Program-made: the position numbers and the translations under genes
Shown here: piece by piece, positions 12,501 through 21,500 of the stretch
How positions within the stretch are numbered: position 1 is the first letter of the stretch
Layout: each line of letters opens with the position of its first letter
Notes under the pieces: model-generated
Told to the model about the DNA's origin: nothing
Databases searched by the model: none
What the model saw: the letters and a program-made list of their open reading frames with translations, nothing else
NCBI RefSeq assembly: GCF_036321535.1
Contig: NC_087447.1
Coordinates: forward strand, 47,928,001 to 47,992,000
Direction: 5' to 3'
Source of the DNA: Camelus dromedarius
Lineage: Eukaryota
Length of the DNA stretch: 64,000 bases

Positions 12501-15500
12501 AGGCAAGATCTCCACTTGTGAGATTTTCAAGATCCTACAATAGTACTTGGAACCTTAGGAAAGGTATTGACTTCAAAAGTCAAAAAGAACTACAAAAGCA
12601 AAACTAATAAACATTCAGCTAAATGTCTGTAAAACATAACATGCCATTTTCTTTCATTGTTAAATTTAGTATTCATTTATATGAATTTAATTACATTTGA
12701 AAAAATTTTACTTACATATGTTATTTTGCCAGAATTCCCAAAAAAGCATGATGATGAATGATAAATATGGTGAAACACAAACTAAGTGCTTACTCAGAGC
12801 CAAATAATTTCAGAAGTAAAATTGTAAAACTCTTTCCAAAAATTTTACTAGCAAAAAATACTGTGTCTGTTTTTGTGGATTGTGGGTGTGTTTTCATGTA
12901 TTTGTGATGTTGTGGGGTGGGCCTTGGGCTCAAGAAGGTCTTTGAAGGTCCCTCCTGACCTGGAAACTGTTGTGACGAGAACCATGGCCCAGTGGTGATG
13001 AGACTCCAGCTTGAGTGCTGACCTCTCCAGCCCATCACAACCCTCAGTATCACTAGGCCTATCCCTCTGCCTGGACCTTGCCAAGGACAGCAGTGGAAGC
13101 CCTGGCCCCACTGGAGGGGTCAGCATAGGATGCTCTGTCTGAGGATGGGGGAAAGAGGTGGGGACTGTTGTCCTCCCTAAGCTGCTTCAGCCTCTGCCTT
13201 AGAGCACATCTGGATGGGGAGGGGTGCAGTCGGCATCTAGAATCTAGAGACACGGGTTTCAAGGCCCAGAGGGGCCAGAGATACCACACAGGTCATGTCA
13301 TCCATCCATGGTGTAGCTGAGACAGGAACTGGGGTGTCCAACTCCCAGCCAGGGCTTCTGACAGAGAATGTCCACATTTAGCCCAGCCAGCAACTGGCCA
13401 GCAAGTATTAGCCACCAACCAGCATGTCCTGGCCCTGAGCAGGGCTTTACTGGGCAAGATGGGAGCATCTGTCTCCTTGGAGAGGGAAGACTTGTTTTGG
13501 ATCAGGGGAGGCCAGAGGCCAGGTATAGTTCTAGGCAGAGCCCTCAGTGGGGCATGGAGTGCTTCCTGGAGGCAGGAGAACTGGGGCCTGGGGTAGATGA
13601 GATTTGGATGGGTCCAGGGCATTCCTGGTGGAGGGAGTTACATGAGCAAAGGCCAAACAGCAGGAATGAGTCAATGTCACTCAGCAAACAGTGAGGAGGG
13701 AGACCTGCCTAGGTGGACTTGGTGGGCCTGGAGACCAAGGGATGGAGATGCCCAGCTGGAAGGGAGAGAACCTGATCTGAGCACACAGAATGTTCCCAGG
13801 CACATGTATGTACATGTACACGCAAACATGGATGAGACACGTGTGCATGTGTGTACATGTATATACCTAATCACACAGTCACATGTGCAACATGTACATA
13901 CAACCCAGGAGCACATGCCCGATCTTTTAGAGACGGGATCATTTCTAGTTGGAGGGAAAAGATGTTGGCTCATGAATCACTGGAAACCAGGACAGGGTGA
14001 GGTGGGGTAGGGGACACCTTGAGGGTTTCCCAGCCTGCCTCTTCACCCACAGTTCTCCAAGGATGTCCTGGTCAACATCTACTCTGCCTATATTGATAAC
14101 TTTCTGAATGCAAAGGACGCCGTGCGTGTGGCTAAGGAGGCGAGGCCTGCCTTTCTCAAGTTCCTGGAGGTACTGGGGCAGGGAGAGGGAGGCCACCCTC
14201 ACCATGGGCCAGCTTTGGGGCCCCAGGAGCCCCAGCCTGTGGGTCAACTTCCTCCCTGGGGCTGAGCTGGAAGGGCTCGCTGGGGACCTGTTTCTGGATG
14301 TTTCCTTTGCATGTCTTTCCTCATGTATGTGCCCATCCTCCCTGTCTGGGGTTTCAGCAAAGCATGCGTGAGAACAAGGAGAAGCAGGCGCTCTCTGACC
14401 TCATGATCAAGCCCGTGCAGCGGATCCCACGCTACGAGCTTCTAGTGAAGGTGGGCATGGGGCTAGGCAGGCAGGTGGGCAAGGCCTGGAGGTGTGTTGG
14501 GGCACAGGGGGTTCTGAGGCTCCTACCTGGTCAAGCCTGGCATGCAGGTCCCCAGGACTCAGGTAGGGGACCTCTCTAGGGTCTACCCACAGTCCTTCCT
14601 GTTCTAGCAGTCAATGTGGGGGCTTAGGGCATCACCGGGGCAGCTAAGCAGGGGTCTGGTGCCCATTTCTACCCCAGGACCTCCTAAAGCACACGCCTGA
14701 GGACCACCCAGACCACCCACTCCTGCTGGATGCGCAGCGGAACATCAAGCAGGTGGCTGAGCGCATCAACAAGGGTGTGCGGAGTGCTGAGGAGGCAGAG
14801 CGTCACGCCCGCGTGCTGCAGGAGATTGAGGCCCACATCGAGGGCATGGAGAATGTGAGCACCACCTTGCCCCACCTGTGCTGGTGTCCACATCTATGGT
14901 CATCTGGAATCAGGTCCAAATCCACAGCAGTGTCTGCAGCGTGTTTGCATACATCTCTGTCCACATCTGTGTCCTCTTTCATGCCTTCCCTATTGCCACA
15001 CATCCCATGACCTGAAGACACAGCATTGAGAGGGTAGATGAGATGTTGCTTCCACTGGGCTGGCCCCTGGAGAGGGGCCCAGGGGTCGCCAGGGTCTGGG
15101 GAGGGGATGGGATTTATAATGAGCCTTCAAGATGCCTTGTCCCTCCTGCCCCACAGCTCCAGGCCCCTCTGCGGCGGTTCCTGAGGCAGGAGATGGTCAT
15201 TGAAGTGGTAAGAAGTGTCCTGATGTCTGCCCACCTCCCCACTTTGTTCATACTTCTGCTCACAGCTGCTACGCATGGGTCTCCCTGCTCTTCCATCTCA
15301 GCAGGGGCCCTGGGTCAAGTCCCAACTCTGCCTCTGCCTCTGAGCACCTGGGGAAGACCCCTACACCCTGTCTGAGCCTGACTGTCCTCTTGGGCCACAG
15401 TGGACAGGAAGGTGGGCCTCTGGGCCTGAATCCTGTGTCTGGCCCCACAGAAGGCAGTTGGTGGCAAGAAAGACCGGTCCCTTTTCCTGTTCACCGACCT

Positions 15501-18500
15501 CATCGTCTGCACCACCCTGAAGCGGAAGTCTGGCTCCCTGCGGCGCAGCTCCATGAGCCTGTGAGTGGCTGGGATGCAGCTGAGGGACTTGGGCAGGGGG
15601 AGCAGTTGTCCCTCCCCAGTCCCCTCTGCCCGCCCTGGCCAGAACACCCCCTCGGCTCCTCACAGGTACACTGCAGCCAGCGTCATCGACACGGCCAGCA
15701 AGTACAAGCTGCTGTGGAAGCTGCCACTGGAAGACGCGGACATTATCAAAGGTGGGGCTGGCTCAGGCCTTCTTGGGGCTTCTGAATGTTTGGGGGTCTT
15801 CCTCTGAGAAGCCTGCCTGGGGGCTTTGAGCCGTGGCCAGGTTGGCTGGCTATTCCATCTGCTTTTCTGCTTTTGGGCCTTGCTTTCCCATTCAGTCCAA
15901 GGGAGCTGATGTGTGGGATCTGGTCTGACCCCTGCAGAGCCAGACCAGGGCCTATGCATACAGACCATTTTCTGATTGGACAGGACCTGCTATAGGCTGG
16001 CAGGTGGACTGGGATGGGGTGGTGCAGGGAGCACAGACATACCCATAATTAGCCATCGATTCACTGCACAAATACATTTAAATTCCTTGTAGTAGATGAC
16101 AGCATACTGTTCTGGTCCAGCAGTTTTATGCATGGGGAACAGACTCACTCAAGTCAGTACAATCAAAAGGCTGGTTTGAATGATCCTTGTTTGGGTCTGA
16201 GACTAGGTAGCTGAGCTGGTTTCAGAGAGCCTCTCCCTCTGCTGTGTGAGCATATCCCTCCCTCTTTTCCCTCCCCACACTGTGATCCTTCATGGCCTTT
16301 CTCCCTCAGCTCTCGGCCCCAGCTGCTCTGGGATGCACAGTTCACCTTCCTGAGTTGGGTGCTTGGTCTGGGATGGTGGTGAGGGCACCTCTGGATCAAC
16401 AGGCAGTTCATGCCCAGACTCTGTCCCCAGGCCCACCTGAGGTGGCCCCCAGGGTAAGGGAGGGGCTGGCTCAGCCCCTAGGTGGACCCAGGCATGCCCT
16501 CCAGGGGTCCTTGTGTAGGAATACAAGCTGATTATTGGTCCAGTTCATCTCTTCTCACTAGAGAACTGGCCGGTTGATAAAATGATTACCTTTAGGTCAG
16601 GTATCCACACTTGGTCCAATCAGCTGTGGTCAGAGTTGGGGCAGGGTCATAGGGAAGAAAATGTGGCTGCCCAGGTGGTGAGGGTTGTCGGGGGACAGTT
16701 TCCCTCAGAAGGGGCAGGAGCTATCCTCAGCCCTGGCTTGTCTGGTCCACTCCACTGCCATCTACCCTACTCATCTACTCCTGTTTGTGGGCCACTGATC
16801 CAGGGCGTGTGCTCCAGCTAGACAGCGTGGGGTGTGGGGGATGCTGAGCTGGTCTGCGGGGTCAGCTACTTGGCAGTGGTCGGGTATGGGATAGGACCAG
16901 AGAAATCTAGGTCATCAACTAATTGGTCCCTCCTTTGTGGGGGAATTGAGTCGCTGGATCAGCAAATTTAACCGCCAGAGGCTCTGGCTGCCCAGCCGCC
17001 TGCCCTGCAGGAGGCTGCAGCCCCACGGTCCGAGGCCAGCCTGCAGAGCCAGCTGCAGTTTATTCTTCGTGCTCTCTCAGGGGGCTCTCCAAGGGACCCC
17101 CTGTGCCAGGTGGGTGTGAATCACGCCCAGTCCCCTGCTCTCAGGCCTGGGGTTTCTCTCCACGCTGCCTGTTAACTTGGGTGTTAATGTTAACCTGAAG
17201 TCTTAGAGTTTATAAGCTCTTGGTTTGTCAGGCTGCTCCCTGCACCAACTGCAGTTTGTGAGGGGAGGGGAGGAGTGTCTGTCCAAGCCTGACCTTGTCT
17301 GTCTCTGGTTCTGCCCATGGCCTTCCTCTGTCCCCACCAGGCGCGTCACAAGCTGCCAATCGGGAGAACATCCAGAAGGCTATCAGCCGTCTAGACGAGG
17401 ACCTGACCACCCTGGGCCAGATGAGCAAGCTCTCTGAGAGCCTCGGTTTCCCCCACCAGGTCTGCACCTTCTGCCTGAGGTTCCCTGACCCAGTCTGAGG
17501 GAGAGATAATAGCCTGTCATTTGCCTGAGGGAGAGGACATCCCTGTCAGTTATCTGAGGGGAAAATACAGCCTTACCCCATCTGAAGGAAGTAATGTGTT
17601 CCAGGTCTGGGGGTGGAGACACAGCTCCATCCCCGGCTGAGAGAGGAGAGTGGGCAGTTGCAGCTGTGGGAGGGAGGATCCAGGTTACCTCTTGGGACAA
17701 GGAGGGAAACAGAGTCCTATTTCCCATCTGAGGGAAGAGGCAGATCCCCAGTCCCATCCCCAGGGCAGGACAGGCTCTAAGGAGATATTAGGTCTGAGAC
17801 CTGGGACCTCCACCCTGCAGAGCCTGGACGATGCACTGCGGGACCTCTCGGCTGCCATGCACCGGGACTTATCAGAGAAGCAGGCGCTGTGCTATGCGCT
17901 TTCCTTTCCCCCTACCAAGCTGGAGCTGTGCACCACGCGACCCGAGGGCACCGACTCCTTCATCTTTGAGTTCCCCCACCCTGATGCCCGCCTTGGCTTT
18001 GAGCAGGCCTTTGATGAGGCCAAGAGGAAACTGGGTAAGCCAGGACCCATGCCACTGTCCTCCCACCAGAACCTTCAGGCAGTGGGCAGTGAGCAGCACC
18101 TTGTAGCTGACTGACATCAGGAGCCAGAAATCCTGGGACTGCCATGTCCTGTGCTCCAGTCCCTGCCAGTGGAAGGGTGGACTGAAACTTCTGCAGGGAA
18201 ATATAGGACTTTCCCAGGGCCTCCTTGGCAGGGATTCCATGGATAGGATCAACTTAGGGCAGGGGCGCAATCATGGGAGTAGATGACTAGGATCCACCCC
18301 CTCCTTACCCACACACACACTCAGCAGGCCTGGATCAGGGAAAGCTGTGGATCAGGGTCCATCCACAGTTTAGAAGAGCCTTAGTGACCTCTAGGTCTAC
18401 CTCTCACACTGTACAGATGGGAAAATTGGGGCCAAGGACAAGCAGGGAATAACCCCTGCCACCTCATTCTCCCTGGAGAGAACTTGAGGGGCAGGGGAGA

Positions 18501-21500
18501 AAGGGAAATGAGCAGGGTAAAGACCAGGGTGAGGTGGATGCTAAGCAGTGTCTGTCTGTCCATCTATCTCCACTACAGCTTCCAGCAAAAGTTGTCTAGA
18601 CCCTGAGTTCCTAAAGGCCATCCCCATCATGAAAACCCGCAGCGGTATGCAGGTGTGTGTATGCACCTAGGTACCAGGGTGCATTATTCTAAGCCAGCAC
18701 ATGTTCATGTGTTTTTGTTTTATATACAACATTGTGTACATGTCTTGAACATTGCAATGTCTCCCTGTGTCTTTGAGTGTACAGCTCTCTGCACAAACAC
18801 ATGGACACTATATATGTCCACATATATGTTACATGCACATGGGTATGTTCCTGCTCGTATGTATCTGTGCATGTGAACAAAACTATACCACTGATGTGAA
18901 AATGTCTTACGTGCTTGTATGAGTCTGCATATATATGGGCAAAGGTTACCATTTTTTCACATTTGTTACACATATATATGTGTGTGCTCATATTTGGGGT
19001 GTATATGTATGTGAATATATGCGTGTACACATATATATGAATGGATGATCCCTGTAGCACAGGCATGTGTGTATTTGATGTGTAGTGTCACGTGTGCCGT
19101 GTGTGCGTGCACACGTGTATGCAGAGGGTCTACTGGGAATCCATTCACTCCCATGAGGACCTGGAGAGCCGTGTGGAGGTGGCAGCGATTCCCATTCACC
19201 TTCCCCTCCCGCTTGGTGCGTTCCGCAGTTCTCGTGCGCAGCCCCGACCCTGAGCAGCTGCCCCGAGCCCACGCCTGAGGTGTGGGTGTGCAACAGCGAC
19301 GGCTACGTGGGCCAGGTGTGCCTGCTGAGCCTGCGCGCCGAGCCCGACGTGGAGGCCTGCATCGCTGTTTGCTCCGCCCGCATCCTCTGCATCGGGGCGG
19401 TGCCCGGCCTGCAGCGCCGCTGCCACAGGTGAGGCCGCGGCGGCGGGCGTGGAGCGGGACTAAGTCCCTGCCCCCAACGCACGCTGAGCCCGCCCCTACG
19501 AGGTGTGGGCGTGTCCTGCGAGTGTGGACGGGGCCTGGCGGGCTTGCGGGCGAGTGGGGCCGAGCCTGCCTCCTAGCGGCTCTTACCTGATCTTTGTCTC
19601 CCAGCCAAAGGCCTGCGTCGCTGAGGAACCCCCCAGAGACGGCAACTGAGCCCGCTGGGCCGGAACTGGACGTCGAGGCCGTGGACGAGGAAGCAGCGAC
19701 TCTGGCCGAGCGGGGACCCCAGCCCTGCCTGCACATCTCCATTGCGGGCTCAGGCCTGGAGATGGCGCCAGGCCCCGCCGAGGGTGACCCACGCCCAGAG
19801 TTGATGCCCTTTGACAGCGACTCAGATGATGAGTCTTCGCCCAGCCCCTCAGGGACCCTGCAGAGCCAGGCCAGCCGGTCCACCATCTCCTCTAGTTTTG
19901 GCAGTGAGTGCCCAGCTTGGGGCTGTCAGGCAGGGCGGGCTGTCAGGCAGGGCAGACTGCCCAGAGGAGAGGGCAGCCTAGGCCGTGCTGATGGGTGAGG
20001 AGAGACCAAGCTAGGCAAAGACATGAAATCACGTCTCAGGATGTTAGCACAGAGAGCAGTAGGGGCTAGCAAGCTATGCAGGGGCTACGACACCACAGAT
20101 CCAGAGGGCAGTGGGATAGTCAGACTGGATCCTAAGAACCCTGGAATGTCCAGTTGAGGAAGATGGAATAGAGAGGGTGGAATTGTTGGTCCTCTGTCTG
20201 TGGTGGTGGATTGGAGGGGCCAGGCTAGGACCAGGAGCCTGTAGTCAGCAGGGTAGCAAGGGCTGAGCAGATGCGGAGACCTGGGGCGTCAGAACAGCAG
20301 TGGGAGGCCCTGGGCAGGACCTGGCCCAGAGGGATGCATTGAGGGGAGTTTGAGGCCTAGAAAGACATCAAGTCTTGGGCCTGGCAGAGGGGAATGGAAA
20401 TAAAGACTTTTGTCTCCCTCAGATGAGGAGACACCGAGCTCCAAGGAAGCCACAGCAGAGACGACCAGTTCAGAAGAGGAGCAGGAACCTGGCTTCCTGC
20501 CACTGTCTGGCTCCTTTGGGCCTGGCGGTCCCAGCGGTACCAGCCCAATGGATGGGAGAGCCCTTCGCCGCTCCAGCCGTGGCTCCTTCACCCGTGGCAG
20601 CCTGGAGGACCTGCTGAGTGTTGACCCTGAGGCTTACCAGAGTTCTGTGTGGCTGGGCACTGAGGATGGCTGGTAGGGACAGGCGAGGGGCTGGGGTCAC
20701 AGTGCCAGAACCCTGAGCCCCTTTCTTTAGGAAACATGTGATGTCCTGAAGCAGAAGCAGGAGGGCTTTGGGTCAGACTTCAGGGTTGCTGCCAGTGGGT
20801 CTGAACCCACAGGGAGGCTGTGGGATCTCGGTACCTTCATGGAGGAGATAGTGGTGGAGGGATGACTCCAGGGGCTGGTGTGCCCATGCACTTGTCACAG
20901 GTCCCTACCCCTGATCCACAGTGTCCACGTATACCAGTCCTCCGACAGCATCCGTGATCGCAGGAACAGCATGAAGCTCCAGCACGCAGCCTCTGTGACC
21001 TGCATCCTGTAAGGTCCCTGGGTGTTCCTTCTGGTCCAAACCCTTCTCAGCTACACGTGCAAACCTCCTTCTGTTCACCCGGGTCCCCTGCTCTACTGGC
21101 CCCTCCTTTCAGTGGAAGCTGGAGAGGCCTGGCCCTAGGCTAGCTGTGCTTCTCACACACTGTGTGACCTTGTGCAAGTCACTGCTCCTTGTTAGACTCA
21201 GGTGCCCCTCACCTGGAGAGCAGGGAAGGGGTGGTCTCTTGGGAACCATAGCTGTTCTATCTGTGATTCCCTTTGGTCTCTTGAAACCTCTGACTCTTTT
21301 TCCTTGCTAGGTATTTGAATAATCAGGTGTTTGTGTCTCTGGCCAATGGAGAGCTCGTGGTCTACCAAAGAGAAGCAGGTGAGTGCCCCTGGAGCCCATT
21401 GCTGGGATTGGCGCTCCCTCCTAAGCAAGGCTGGTGCCTTGGAACCACAAGTCTGGAGATGTGACTTTAACTCCCTGGGAGGTAACTCCCAGGTCCTCTC

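Noticed and set aside
15446..15453. NAGNAG tandem acceptors (CAGAAG here; CAGGAG at RELT 49263-49268)
   Set aside because: AAG/GAG distal acceptors are weak and the effect would be one residue; no evidence of use.
18966..19886. 306-aa antisense ORF
   Set aside because: Shadow of GC-rich exons 13-14 plus a TG/TA repeat; low-complexity translation with no recognisable domain.
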